NCBI GenBank assembly: GCA_051294905.1
Contig: CM119372.1
Span: 7,256,001-7,320,000 of the forward strand
From: Botryllus schlosseri
Taxonomy: Eukaryota
DNA length: 64,000 nt
Reading direction: 5' to 3'
Part shown: in pieces, positions 1 through 36,196 of the stretch
How positions within the stretch are numbered: position 1 is the first letter of the stretch
Layout: each line of letters starts with the position of its first letter
The notes under the pieces: generated by a model
Databases searched by the model: none
What the model saw: the letters and a program-made list of their open reading frames with translations, nothing else
What the model was told of the DNA's origin: nothing
Program-made: the position numbers and the translations under genes

Positions 1-1160
1 ACTACAGTAACGGGTTTATTTCGCTGTGATGTTTTCTCATCTCTGTGCGTTCAAACCGCGGGTAGTTGATTACCTTTCGACCGCGCGGTCATCGACCCCA
101 GTGGTTCGGCGTCGCTCCGGGACCTCTGTCAAACACCATACAGTGGTGCGATGTAATTGCTTGTACGGACAGCGGCCTGTCCGAAAAATTGCGGCGGAAA
201 GTCTACGGCGCTGAAGCAGAGGCGCCGATCTCCGTTCGCTGTTGTCGTTTCTTCAACGCGGTCTTCGCGCACAGACTCGCTTTGCGTATCACCTTTACTT
301 CTTCGTCGCGTGAAGTCTGCGATTTTTATCCGTTCTATATTACTATTCTTGCTACCAATGCTCTCCGCTTAATTTACGATTCTAATAAATATTTCATTTT
401 TCTCGTACGATTGCGGGGATGATCTGTTAGAGCTCAGGTGTTTGGTACGTTGCTGAACTACAGTATTTTACCGCAACGTGCCGTGTCGGGGTTGGGGGTG
501 TAAGACCAGTATTATAATCCAGTTGCGTTGCTACTGGGTTGCTTAGTAGCCTACATCACCATGTCTTTAGGCGTCATTATGGAGTCACACACTTCTTAAG
601 CAACTGGCAGACGAAAATGTTCGTGATATGCTTAAAGCGGGAGGCAGCAACCTTTTTAGCTCTGCGGACAGGTTTTTAAATGAATTTTTTTTTCCGGCCG
701 GTTTTCAAAAAAATAATCAACATCGAAAATCTATTGCAGCTCCAACACTATAAATAAGGTCACTACAGGGAGCCCAGTAGGGCAGTAACACTTATGTTTA
801 GATAAAAGGCCCAGCAGGATTTATGGGGATCTTCGTTCAAAATTTGATCAATGCGCATATTATACCTGGGTAAGAATTGAAGGTACTGTGTTTATTCACC
901 GATTGTTTTGCTTAGAGAATATGAAATTGCATCTACTGAATATTCCATTGAATTAGGAATATCATATATCAGGGGTTGGCCACCTTTCGTATGCGGCGTG
1001 CCAAATTATGTCACTGCATCAAAATAATACCAATTGGCGTGCCAAACATTTTACTTTGTCATATTTATCGTTACGAGCTAGGTATCCCACCAACAACTTA
1101 TCTGAAGCTGACAACGGCACCGGATACGTCAATGGTTCTCGTCAAAGTATGGTTCGCGAA

Positions 1161-1683
1161 TAGGATTGCATTTGAAACAAAAGGTGTATTAAACAAATGC
1201 ATTTTTGATTAAAACAATTTTTTTCAAACGTTTAATTATGCCGCAATTGTGTATACACGTCCGAAAACCATGTAGTATGGGCCTACGAACGATTTGCACC
1301 CCAAATCGTCGAAGTATACGATGTGGGGTTGCTAGAACCCCCGAAATCGTCGTCCGTGCAACAGTTCTTGCGCGTGGATATGGATCATTGGTACGGAAAG
1401 GGTGATCTGATGATCGATGATGACGCCACCGACCGTGAAAATGCTGCATAACGATGTAGTCCTGGTTACAGATATTTTTGGTCTGTTTATGACAGTGATC
1501 GGAAGTCGAAGGAGGCATAGTTACCCTACATTTTCAATTGTCAATGCCAAACCACTCTTGCGTCACAATTAAATATTGGTGTCGTCATAACTAAAAATAA
1601 AAATTAAAAAAACATGTTTCAAACAAGTACCTTGTTTTAAAAATGTTTGTTCTGCATTTATTTTTGTTTTAAATGCAACCCTA
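1161..1683. mobile_element. MITE family with TAGGGTTGCATTTAAAAC termini (hAT-like); further copies ~13229-13783, ~21392-23651, ~46089-48103, partial ~54780-54950
   Basis: Inverted termini TAGGATTGCATTTGAAAC / GTTTTAAATGCAACCCTA; flanks TTCGCGAA / GTCACGAA resemble a degenerate 8-bp TSD; internal sequence shared between copies. Confidence 0.75.
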
Positions 1684-1769
1684 GTCACGAAGGGTAGCCT
1701 ATAAATTTTGGTCGCTCTCGCACCTGAGTTATCGTTTAATGTAGGCAATATATTTTTTCGTAATACTTT

Positions 1770-2010
1770 TGACTTGACTTAACTCGAGTCACTTTGCAAA
1801 AATGACTTGACTTGACTCGACCGTGACTTGAAGCAACATCTACGAGTCAATTTCAGACAGCCGGAGAAATGCAATGTATATGAATTATGCATCGTACTTT
1901 GAAAATTCACCTTGACTTGAATTGACTCGAGTCACCTCCAACAATCGAGTAACCTGACTTGACTCGAGATAACTTGTGACTCGTAGGTAGTGACTTGATC
2001 CCAACACGGG
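1770..2010. repeat. Clustered GACTTG/ACTCGAGTCA repeats, probably a transposon subterminal region
   Basis: Many GACTTGACT and CTCGAG units ending in GTGACTTGATCCCAACAC. Confidence 0.55.
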
Positions 2011-3462
2011 TACTCTCATTAAAATGAAGAAAACCGGCGCCACTAAATCACGCCAAGCGCTGAGAAAAAATTCAAGATCCGTCCCAAATGACTCTGCTCT
2101 ATCTTGATTTAGGAAATAATTTTGGGCCACCTTCAAGCTTTTTCTATTTTGAAAACTTCTGTTTTACTTTTTGCAGCAAATTTGGTTACAAAATCTTGTT
2201 TGTGTCAAATCATTTGGGTGCTATGAAAAATCAGCTCGCTTGCCAGGGGCTGCCGAGTGCCGACCCCGGCAATATGCCCTCTCTTGAGAGGATTTGTTCT
2301 CTTTTCTTTTTCAAGAAACCGTAATGTCCTCGAAGGACGCCCAAATGTCCTCTTTCTACGCAAATCGTCCTCTTTTATTACCGTTAGTGTTAAGTGATGA
2401 CGTCGCGACAACTAAAAATGTTAATATCGGCAGCACAGACACGTGACCTTGTTTTAATCAACCCGCGCAACCGATCACCATTTTCCGAAAAATCCTCCCG
2501 TTTCATTGTATTTTGACGTTGGATGTAAAATGTGCCCTCTTTGGCGGATGTCAAAATATTTTAACCTCAACTGCATTGAATTTGAATGAATTGTAACGGC
2601 GTTAGATATTCTGATGATTTGATTGCCATTTCATCCCGTGGTCGCTGTCTGGTCTATGAATCAACGTCATTTCTTCGACGTGGTCTGTGCTATTTGCCTA
2701 CTGTTTTTTTTTTGTTCGAGGCATCGGATCAACGTGAATATATTTACCTCGCATCTTTATGCTACCGCGCTACCGCATCATGGCACAAGTGAACATGGTC
2801 ACCGCGAATATGCCTTGCGTTGCATAGTAACAAATTTCGGTACGATGTTTTATATAACCCTACTGCTACTAGTAGCCTACCATACGAATCAAATAGGTTG
2901 CATAGGTGAACACGATCTGGAGCAGGATTTGATCGATTTGTAGTCGGTCTGAATCCGGATTTTAAACCTGTTTTAAATGTAAGGCTTTTCACGAAATTGT
3001 TTAAAGAGCTTCTTGGAAGTACATAACTTCAGTATACAATTGGACTATGGAATTGTTTAATTAAGTTACTTGCTTTGGTACAAAAGTTTGCTCGAATATT
3101 TAGTGACTCTCTGCTGTGAGCTTGACCCACAATCACACAACATCAAGAGCGAACTACAATTCATGTACGCAGTCAGGGAATGATGCTTATTCAACCAATC
3201 AATGAAATTGTCATCGTTGTCTGATGTAAAAAATCTAGCAGGCGTACGGGGTCAATCTTGATTTCGTGTGTTTATTGTATCATAAAAACGAAACCCATGC
3301 GATTTGGGCCTTGGCTACGGTTACCATACGTCCTCCTTTGGGAGGATTCGTCCTCCGTTTCCGGGTTTTAGAAAATATCCTCTGAGGACGTCTAAATGGT
3401 CTCCTTTGTGGCAAAACGTCCTCCTTTATAGCTTTGAGAGCCCGGTAATTGTACACTGTACG

Positions 3463-4108
3463 CAGAGGGCAGTTAAAAAAACTTCTCCTTCAGATGTCAC
3501 TGGTTACTTGATAAAATGGTTAGGTTGGCTAAAAAAAAACGCTGCGCCCCAAATTTGGCTCTATTCCAACCAGTAGAAGCGAGATTCGTGCAGTAGAAAT
3601 TTTTGAATTTATCATTAAAAAACAAAAAAAAAATGGAATTTCAAAATTTTTCTGCCGACCCCATAAAATTGTTAGGATGTCAGTAAAGATAATGCATACC
3701 TAAGTTGGCTCAATTCCAATCACCAGAAGCGAAGTTATTGCAGTAGAAAATTTCTAATTTCATGATTTTATAATAAATAATTAAAGAGTTGGTCACCGTA
3801 AATACTATTTTATTCAAATCCAAATTGTTCTGCTGCAATAACTTCGCTTCTAGTGGTTGGAATTGAGCCAAATTTGGTGTGCATCATCTCTACTGACAGT
3901 CTAATGGTTTTATGGAGTCGGCAGAAAAATTTTGAAATTTTATTTTTTTGTTTTTTAATGATAAATTCAAAACTTTCTACTGCACCAATCTCGCTTCTAC
4001 TGGTTGGAGTGGAGCCAAAGTTAGCGTATAGCGTTTTATTAACCAACCTAAACGTGTTATCAAGTAGCCAGTGAAATTTGAAGGAAAAGTTTTTTTTGAA
4101 CAGCCCTG
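3463..4108. mobile_element. Palindromic MITE with ~300-bp inverted arms
   Basis: GAGGGCAGTTAAAAAAAC..CCAACCAGTAGAAGCGAGATT is the reverse complement of AATCTCGCTTCTACTGGTTGG..GTTTTTTTTGAACAGCCCTG; related fragment at ~54110-54400. Confidence 0.8.
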
Positions 4109-4348
4109 TCGCACAGTCACAACTATACGAAATGCCATAAATGACGCGAAATATGGAGTTTGACGACAAGGTTGAATAAACAAAAAGGTCAACTCTAGCC
4201 TAAGCGACAACGGGTCTTTCGGGAGTCGATTTGGAAAATTACCTTCTTCTTTTTTTAGTCAACCCAATATTATTTATAGTAATAATTTTCACACCCGTTT
4301 TCTCTTCCGCAATTGCATCATTTGTAACAACTTGTAAAAAGGGTCCGC

Positions 4349-4629
4349 TTTTGTTTGTTTGTTTTGGGGTATTCATGGTGTTTGTCGACCAGTATGATCA
4401 TTTACACCAGGCCGATATTCTTCTCATTTTCCGTAACCGCCGACTTATAGCACGGCCCACCTCTTGGCTTTTGTAAGACACCACTGACGCGGATGAGGTG
4501 GCGAGGAGGAGCCTATAGGTAAACCTCCAACACTTAGGTATTGGAATTCGGAAGTCGACCTCGGTCGGACTCGAACCCGCACTTATTGGTGTTGCAGCCG
4601 CGGATTATACCACTGCGCTATCTCGCCAC
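4349..4629 (-). mobile_element. tRNA-derived SINE, apparently full length
   Basis: Minus strand begins GTGGCGAGATAGCGCAGTGG (A box), then GGTTCGAGTCC (B box), a unique body and a (CAAA)n tail. A second, interrupted copy lies at 55673-60229. Confidence 0.8.
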
Positions 4630-7295
4630 AGCAGGGTCCACTTTTGCGGATCTCAAAATTTGGTAACCCCACTATATTCGCTACGTTTCGCGAAACTCGA
4701 ATCATATCGTACCAAGTATGGTTCCGTATCCGACCTCGCCGTACCTACTACCTATTGTATGGCGGCTGTCGTCCTGCTAATATTTTGAGCTTTGTGATAG
4801 GGAAAAGGTCAAGGGCATTGTCTGGCATAGCCTACCCGCGTACCACGTGTGATATAGTATTTTGGTGACAATTAGAGCGCCGTGAGTCGTCACAATCACA
4901 TAGCAGTCTTGAAACAGGAAGTATTGAATGCGGTATTGGTCTTTCGGACTTTCTGAGCTTGGAACGAATCGTGCCAAAATCGCAGCGCGACAGATGAGAT
5001 CGTTTGGTCGTCGGATCGGTTGGATTATGGGCATACGAAGCGCGGCCGTATGAGAGAGCTGTATTCAGCGATTTTCTGACCGAAATTTGACATACGATGT
5101 TAAAAATTCGAATGTATCCATATACGCTAATTGTAGTTGCAAGAAGCAGCCATTCAATGTGCAGTTGCCATCGTTATTTGGTTTAGAATAGTTTATGTTC
5201 GGAACAATCGCAGTGTTTCATAACGAGCTAATATCGTTAAGTTGCACAATGCACAATGCACAGCACATATATGAGGAATGAGGATAGGCGCTGTGAGTAG
5301 AAATATAATCGCTAGACGTACGGTTCGGCTCGTGGTTGGTGAGGCAAAGTGCCCCGTTCAGAGTAGGGAGACTGATTCAGTCCCTTTGTTTTTATCGCAT
5401 TAGCGCTCTTCCTACGCAGGCTACGCAAGTAGTCACTTTCTACATATCCGCGATAAACGTAAGAAGCAGGTATAGAAAATACACAACAGCTTCATGAGGA
5501 AGAGAACACATTCGGCAGGATGGCGGTCTCGACTGCACAAGTGCACAATTCATACTGTTCGGTCGCGCTAGTACATTCGTTCACTGTGCCGCGATTGTCG
5601 GATTGTTAGGACAACAATCGCCGCGGCAGATGAATTTATACCGCTCTGGGCTGTAATTCTAGGTAGCAACGCTTAGTTTAACATTCCCTGACGAGTTTGA
5701 GGGGCCTGGCGTTATTAATATTTGGTTGGGGATCAGTGCGAAGATAACATTCGATAAATACCAGTTATTGTAAATTTTGGAGCTGATTTTCATGAGTTGC
5801 GCTATCACAGGCGAGGCATGGTTCGTTTGTACCTTGCCTCTTCTCACGCCCAATGAATATGCGAATTGCATAAATTTGGATGTAAATAAATGTTAAAAGC
5901 TAATTATCCATGAAAATCACTAACAAAATACAAATAAAGTAATGGGATGTTTTTACAAATTTGTTTTTACTTATCTTGATGACAGGCGACCCACTGCCTC
6001 GCCTGCTTCCCCGATCACGCGTCCTTGTATGGCATCAGATTACCGTCATCGAAGTTCACGACAATCAGCATCTTTCTGGGCGCATTCACATTGCGATTTC
6101 ATTTCTTCACATGACACATTGGTAGTCTTCCTACCCTGCCGTGTGCGCGACTCTTGCGTTTCGACATTCCTGTGTGGGGTTATTTGGCATCGGACGGCGC
6201 ACATGATCGCTTTTTATCTCCAGGTGCATATCGCACCCCCGACTCAATGCTATACACAAGACACAATGCGATATAATGAACAGGAGGATGCCGAAACGAC
6301 CAAGTGCGGTCTATATATTTTACATCCACCTCGGTCTATGGGTATTAGGACTATACTATAGTATTAATGCCCGAAGTAACAGTCTTCGATCATGATCCAT
6401 GCGACTATCTTTTTATCGGCGCTTTCCTACTCTTTTCGTTCTATGCATTGTCTTCGTCATTCACTGGGTCTTTCTGTGGGCGCGATTTTAATGTATTTGG
6501 AATAAAATTGAGCAAAAAAAGGCTAAGTTGGATTAAAACACTGGAAGTTCAAGTAAGCGCTGTCACAAAAGAAAACTAGATTTGAAGATATAATAGGCTA
6601 CAAGTAGCCTACGCAGCATTCAATATCGTAGATGCAATCGAAGATAAAACTGCTGCGTTAGTGACCACTAAACAGTATTATATGAATAAGACCATGTAGG
6701 TCCAATCGCAATTGACTCCAGGTAATGCTGCGTTCATGGACATGACGACACAATACGAATCTACGACGTCCGACCTCAATAATATCATCGAAACTAACAT
6801 AGCAATGACTTGCGACAGCATCACACTCCAATGCATAAGCGCGTACAAAGATTAGTTATTAGTCATGCCAAATGTTCTATTCTATAAAACGACGGTCCAA
6901 CTGCTGCATTTCACTCAACCGGTTTTCACCTACGCATGTACTCGGTCATGGTCTCGCAGATAGACTAGCTCTTAGCTGACAAAGTGAAATGAATAGTAGC
7001 GTATTTCACAAGCGGATAGACATAGAAAATGGCAAATTATCATCTTGTGGCTGATGATTTTATGTATAATGCATCATGCATGTCAAATAATATTGAGCGT
7101 AAGTTACGCATTACGTTTAGTGTGGACGAAATGAAAAACCGTCCCGTTTCGCTGTGAAAAACGCGAGTTTCATGGGTCGCTGTTGCCTTAGTGACCATTG
7201 AAAGCAATCGCAATACATATTCAGTATACATATTACAAAGAGGCTCTGTTTTGCAGGCTGCATCGCCGTTTCGTATTGAATATAGATGTTACAAA

Positions 7296-30297
<23,002 letters not shown>

Positions 30298-30862
30298 AAA
30301 AAGTCAAGCTTCATCCACGCGCCCGAGAACAAGGACTGGAATCGGTTTACTCTGCGTATGGGGCCTGATACGAAACTAGCGTTGCAGATTTTATCGAAGT
30401 TAAAGTTATTGATTATTTAAGAATATTCATCCAACAGAGCAGAGTTGATGTAACTTGATTGAGGACTACAAACGTGAAGTCATCATTCGCACTGTCATCA
30501 CTATTACGAATTGGCCAATTCGCATGCGTGCAAGCAAGCGTTCTCCCCATTATGTATAGAGATATTTTGTAATTGTGACGCCATCATGACAGCAGCTGTA
30601 TCGATGATGAGTTCACATTTAACTCGCATTGTTCGATGCCAAACCATCGCCCTTCTGCGTACCCGGTAATATTTTATATTCCTAAATACATAGCAGTTGC
30701 TTATTATTCATCAGGTTCATATACGAAAACAGTCTTTGCCTAGTTGTTACTCGTGTCACCAAGCTGATCATTTTACTTAGAAGCCATTGTCAATGTTGTC
30801 ATGTCATTGTCAACCATTGCTCAATGCGCTGATACACCGGCAGGCCGACTCTTAAAACTTAA

Positions 30863-30868
30863 AATAAA
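30863..30868 (+). promoter_or_regulatory. Candidate polyadenylation signal (AATAAA) of the receptor
   Basis: AATAAA ~570 nt downstream of the stop codon; position only, no transcript evidence. Confidence 0.3.
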
Positions 30869-31694
30869 AGACTGAAAACAAGCGTAGGCCTACCGCATCG
30901 ACGTGACTTATAGGAGAGTCCCATCTGTGGTTTACACTGACGTTCGCATAGTATCAGCGATATCTAAAACTCTAGTTCTAGATATCCCTGGCATAGTAGG
31001 CTATAGTAAACTGCCGTCTCATTGGTTAATCGTGAGCGAGTCACGTATCACTCCGAGCGATGAAACATGTCCTCATAACTTCATTTGTGCAATGATATAT
31101 CCTTTTCAGTCGTAATGTGTGAATGATTTAACAATGTTATTTGTTGTTGGACTTTTACAAGGCATGCTCTAATACACTGCTGAGCTGAGAATCGTGTGCA
31201 GGCTTGCTTGTGTCATTACGGTCAACTGGAATGGACCTCTTCTCGCATCACAATATTCTTTCAGTTATCTGACGAAATGCAAATAGTGGAAGACAGTGGT
31301 GAAGTCATCAAGTTCCCAAAACAATCGAATCCGCTTAATTCCTACACCGGACCATTCGGAAAATTCCCGTGGTCGGCCAAAATACCGGAATGAAAAAGAA
31401 GTAAAAATTGCATAAAAAAACTCCATATAATTTCGACAATTATCTGCGAAGCATCCTATATATACTATGGCATTGTATTTATAGATATTACGCGGCGATA
31501 AAGTCGGTCAAGTTTACGCGACAGTCACCACAATGGAACTGATACATAAACCTGGCAATTTCAAAATTCCTCAAATCCCGTAGTTTAGAAACCAAACATC
31601 GGATGTGTAGCCTGTTCAACGCATTCAGAAAACGCAATGTCCGCGGCACACACAGATAGGCACTACTGTTCAGTGTTCTCACAAAAATAATGAT

Positions 31695-33449
31695 AACCCA
31701 GGGCAACAGAAAGATATTTTTTTCAAAAATCATGATATGTGAGAACGATTCAGAGGTATATCAGGGGCGCTGAGTCCGAAAATGGCATTACTTTTGCCGA
31801 ATTGGCTCTGTTTTTTGAAATATTGCCTCTCGTACATGCCATGAAAAATAATATATTTGTGGGTAACATAGGTTATTAACACGGTTTCCTACGCTTTTTA
31901 ATATTAGATACAGTTCCTTGCCATCATTTTTTAGGAATTTTAATTCATGTGTGTTTTAAGTATGTTAAGAAAATCAGTGTTGTAGCTATACAGAGAAAGT
32001 GTCGCAATGACCTAGATTTGTTTTGCTACATATGTTACGAGAACACGTTAAACATGAAGCGATTCAATATGTGAAACGTCACCAAGTGCACTTACAAGGA
32101 GTGATTTGGTATGACGACGGAATATCAAGATAATTGCCGGGCACCGCAAACGGTCCGCCAGCATTAGGCTTGCACTTCGCGCTTATGGACTCAAGGTAAA
32201 GTTTAAATGATGCAATTAGTAATCTCCGTACTTTTGTGCGAGTCAAAGAGCCACCATGATGACTGATATTTTTACTTGGATGAGTTGTAAGATGGGAACT
32301 AAAACAAGAAGTCATAGCATTTCCTCAACATTGACTCTGCTTTATAGCCGATTACCCACTTCCCTGAAATTCTAGTTAGAGCTTTAGCCTATACGTCCCT
32401 ACCAGATCTGATTTTGAATGATTCTACGATATAGGATGTAGTGGAAGATGAAGATGGCAATAGTATATGCTGAAGCAAATGCATTACCACCGACTCCTCA
32501 ACATTATTACGAATACAGAGTGAACTGACGCATTTTACTCAAGATCAATTAAACAACGAAGGCATTGACTTGAGTTGAGACGACAAAAAAGAAACTTTAG
32601 GGATGACGCGGAAGTGATGTTCATGAACGTTCTTGGATCAAGGATATAAGCATGGGCATAAAAATTCAATATCATCGCTTCCCCTAAAACCTAGAAAATA
32701 TGAGTGAAGAACGAGGTGGAAGGTTTCACCTATAAATCAAATAAATGGAAGGGAGATATCTAGATATAGTTGGGATGCTCACATTATGACTGATTATACT
32801 GCCAGCTGCCTATTGCGAATCTGTGCCCATCAAAATCGTACAAGAGGACTTTATTGCAGATGAATTGAAGCTAATTTGAGTTAATAACAGGAGTTGCATC
32901 TCAGCACTTCACTAATGCACATCCCGATAGTGATTTATTTCTACGAGAAGATTGGTAAACAAAATATTGCTTGCTTGTTTATTTCGTCTGTGTTTGCAAA
33001 TTGTCGTGTTTTTGTAGGCTCAGTCATACTTGGTTTGTGATTACCGAATTACTACTATTTGTCGTTCACTTCGAGCACATTTATCGGTATAGGAAGCCTA
33101 ATGTTATAAATTACAATATAATAGGAGAATCCAATGAAAATACGATGCGTGGAGAGGAATAGATTCATGCAGCATCAGTTTCGTTCCGCCTATCTAATTT
33201 TGTTTTACATTTCTCATGTTCTCGCGGTTTCAGTACAGACGGACCTACTAAATCATTTAATATAGGCTGTTAGGATAAAATGTAACCTAATTTGAATGAA
33301 AAAATAAATAAATAAAAACGTCCAAATTCGGTGATATCTTGAAAAATAAAGCCAATCTGCAGACACCAATGCCATTTTCGGGCTCAGCGTCCCCGATTTA
33401 CCCTAAAACTGTTCTCACCCATCATGATGAAACTTTTTTGTTGGGCAGT
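31695..33449 (+). mobile_element. Decayed Chapaev3-like (CMC) DNA transposon with transposase remnant
   Basis: Inverted arms GGGGCGCTGAGTCCGAAAATGGCATT / AATGCCATTTTCGGGCTCAGCGTCCCC; right end TGTTGGGCAGTG|TAA. 32652-32800 reads MGIKIQYH.FP*NLENMSEERGGRFH..MEGRY..WDAHIMTDY, matching the SDEQGERFHQ..RYQGRW..MADYCW transposase motif. Superfamily assignment is from memory. Confidence 0.7.
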
Positions 33450-33699
33450 GTAATTATAAAAAAGATCTTTATTCGATGTTTGCACTCTATTTTAAAACAT
33501 ATGCTTTCAGCTTGATGGCGATCTTACGAAGCACGCATACTCGTCCAAGTGCGCTTGTCACGAGGAATCAGCAGATATATCTAATATCAGAAACCTCTAA
33601 ATTGTTATCCGTACACACCGACTTAGTTAATATAGGAGAGGTATATCCATTCAAACATTGGAGTGAGTGATCAGTTTTTCTGCAACTCACCTTCTACAC

Positions 33700-35612
33700 C
33701 AGGGGTGGGTATTGGGCAAACTGCGGCCGTATAGAAGGAAATTTGAGCGGCCGTCGACCCGTTATTCAATTAGTGTGTGTTATAGGCCGTCGACATGCAA
33801 ATTAATTTACGAATTGACTCCCGATTTTAGTCAATTTTCAAATTTTCTTCGCGCTAGGCGTGATTCAATGCCACTTCATTTTTTTCGATTTTAATATAGC
33901 AGCGTCCTTTGCAATCTGAGTCCTACAGGTACAGATGTGAACAGCAGAGAAAAATTATGCCAACAGCAACTTGGAATCGTGTGCTCCGCATGATTCAAAT
34001 TTATTTCTGGTACGTTTGTGCGATTCTAACACATTTCCACTATACCGACAATCCTGATGGGAGGTCAAGAAATAACAGCATGCAACTCATGATATGAATA
34101 ATAACAATTGGCCCACCCAAAGATACATAATCATTTATAACTTGACCTAAATGTTCGCAAACACTCCCACCTTCAATTCTACCGGTGAATCTGATCACAT
34201 GGGTAGAGAAATGATGAATATTTGGGACCGTAACTGCCGCACTCAAACCCACCAATTGGGGGGGGGCGAGCTCGAAGGGGGGCCAAAATTAGTTCGTGAA
34301 TTAATATAAATGGTAGAGTATTTTTTTTTAAATGCAACTTATTCAAAACAATTCACGATTTAATTTTGCCAAACATCTTGATTACAGGGTACCCCTCCCC
34401 AAGAAAAAAATACGCATGATTTACAAAAATGGGCATCTCGGCGTTTGCCATTACCGCGCCACGACGCACCAAGACATATAAAGTTTTAGGCCATGTAACA
34501 TGCAACTCCGAGAAGTGTGACAGAACGATCGGCAGCGAGAAAACCTATAGACCGAAAAGGACGGCCCTTCCGCTGACCGAAAACTTCTATATATATACCT
34601 ATATGATATGTTCAATTGTCCATATAGCAGTGGTTCTCAACCGCCAGTCCGCGATCATTCGTTTTCGAATAATTCATGTTGTGCAGGACCGCAACTGACG
34701 CCCCCAAGCCCCCAATTGAAGCGGAGCCGAACTTGAAGGGACCAAAATTGATGTCCAAGCAATCTGAACCCCCACCAGACGAATGCCATCCCGCAGGGAA
34801 CAATTATTTGCGAGTTAAGAAAGACTAATTTGAAATCACGTGGGTGTTTAATTTAGTCCGTTTCAGCGATTTCAACATTTTTTGATATAGCAGACAGGAG
34901 GTCACGAAATAACATCATGTAACGAAGTCATTACACCAACGGGTCCGCCCGAAGCTGTTTCATTATTATTTACGGCCCCTACATTTTCCAATACATCTCA
35001 CTCAGCTCTACCGAATCGGATAACGTGAGCAGACAGAAGATAAAAATTTGGTAGCAATAGATATGCAATTCCCGATCATATTGACCGATTCAATCATGAA
35101 TAATAGAAAAAATGCGCGCCCCGCGTCTCCAGACGAGATAAGCCGACTCACTGAACCGTACAAAAGATCTCGCTGATAAGTAGCGGTAAAAAGTAGAGCT
35201 TCGACCCCCAGAAGTTGGGATTATCCCCCTATGGGGGCTCAAGACCGACGCTTTTTTTTGGGGGGGGGCTGACGAAGTGTTGTTTCTGACCTGTATTTGA
35301 TAGTAATATGTGAAACTACTAATATTAATGACGAAATTTATTCGTGAATCTGAAAGGATATTCAAGGTTCGCGCGATCATTATGTATACCAGTAACTATA
35401 TTTCGTAACATGACCACCCGCGATTTCGGTGCGTATAGTAACCCGATATGAAAAAGTCGATTACTCCGGAGTTTACCGGAAATGGACATGGAAAGTTTAT
35501 GATGGGTATTTGGCGTCCAGTAAGTTCATTATGACTATGCACAAGAATGGGGCGCAGGCTAAATAAGTAATCGAAATGCGGCCGTGAATGACGAAAAGGT
35601 TGGCCATCCTTG
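33700..35612. mobile_element. CAGGGGTGG-terminated MITE carrying a nested GGGACCGTAAC-family element (from ~34222)
   Basis: Ends homologous to 49852-50420 in reverse orientation; internal part homologous to 57036-58349. Confidence 0.65.
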
Positions 35613-36196
35613 TAATCTACATCTATGCTTCATGAACTTGCACTTTCACCGAGTAGCCTACATCGAGTGTAATTTTGTCGCGACCAAATTATCGAACTTT
35701 GTGAATTAGCAATAGCAAAATCAGAATATTACGATGCAATCACACAATCACAGCGTTGAAAGTTTAATAAGAATTGATGACATCTCTTGCTACACCTGCA
35801 CATTTGGTGCTATCGCTTTTTCCTTTGATTCTGAAGCCTGAAGTCCACAACATTACTAAGCATAAAATCATGTTGACGTAATCCTGTTGTTTTGATTAAA
35901 GGGCATTATTCCACTGATGTAGATGGTGTTGGAGATGGAAACTGTTGCATTCGAAGATTGTTCATGAGATTTCCAGTTGCTTTGATTGCAAGCAGTAGAT
36001 TATGCTTCAAAGGATAACATAGTTTCCACACCGTAATGTGGAACGCCTCCATAAAGGGGAATATCTACAGAAGTAATAGTTTGTATTCTCATGCATTTAT
36101 GGATCGATCATTGAATATTATGATTCCTAGATCCTATAAGTCTCTTTCTATTTATCATCATTCATTGCGATAACAACGAGCGCTACTCATGAGGGC

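Noticed and set aside
70..320. GC-richer, exon-like segment on the minus strand at the window start (also scattered segments up to ~6500)
   Set aside because: Short open frames with no recognisable homology and no consistent exon chain
4555..4629. Genuine tRNA gene
   Set aside because: A and B boxes are present, but there is no proper acceptor or anticodon stem and it continues into a repeated SINE body
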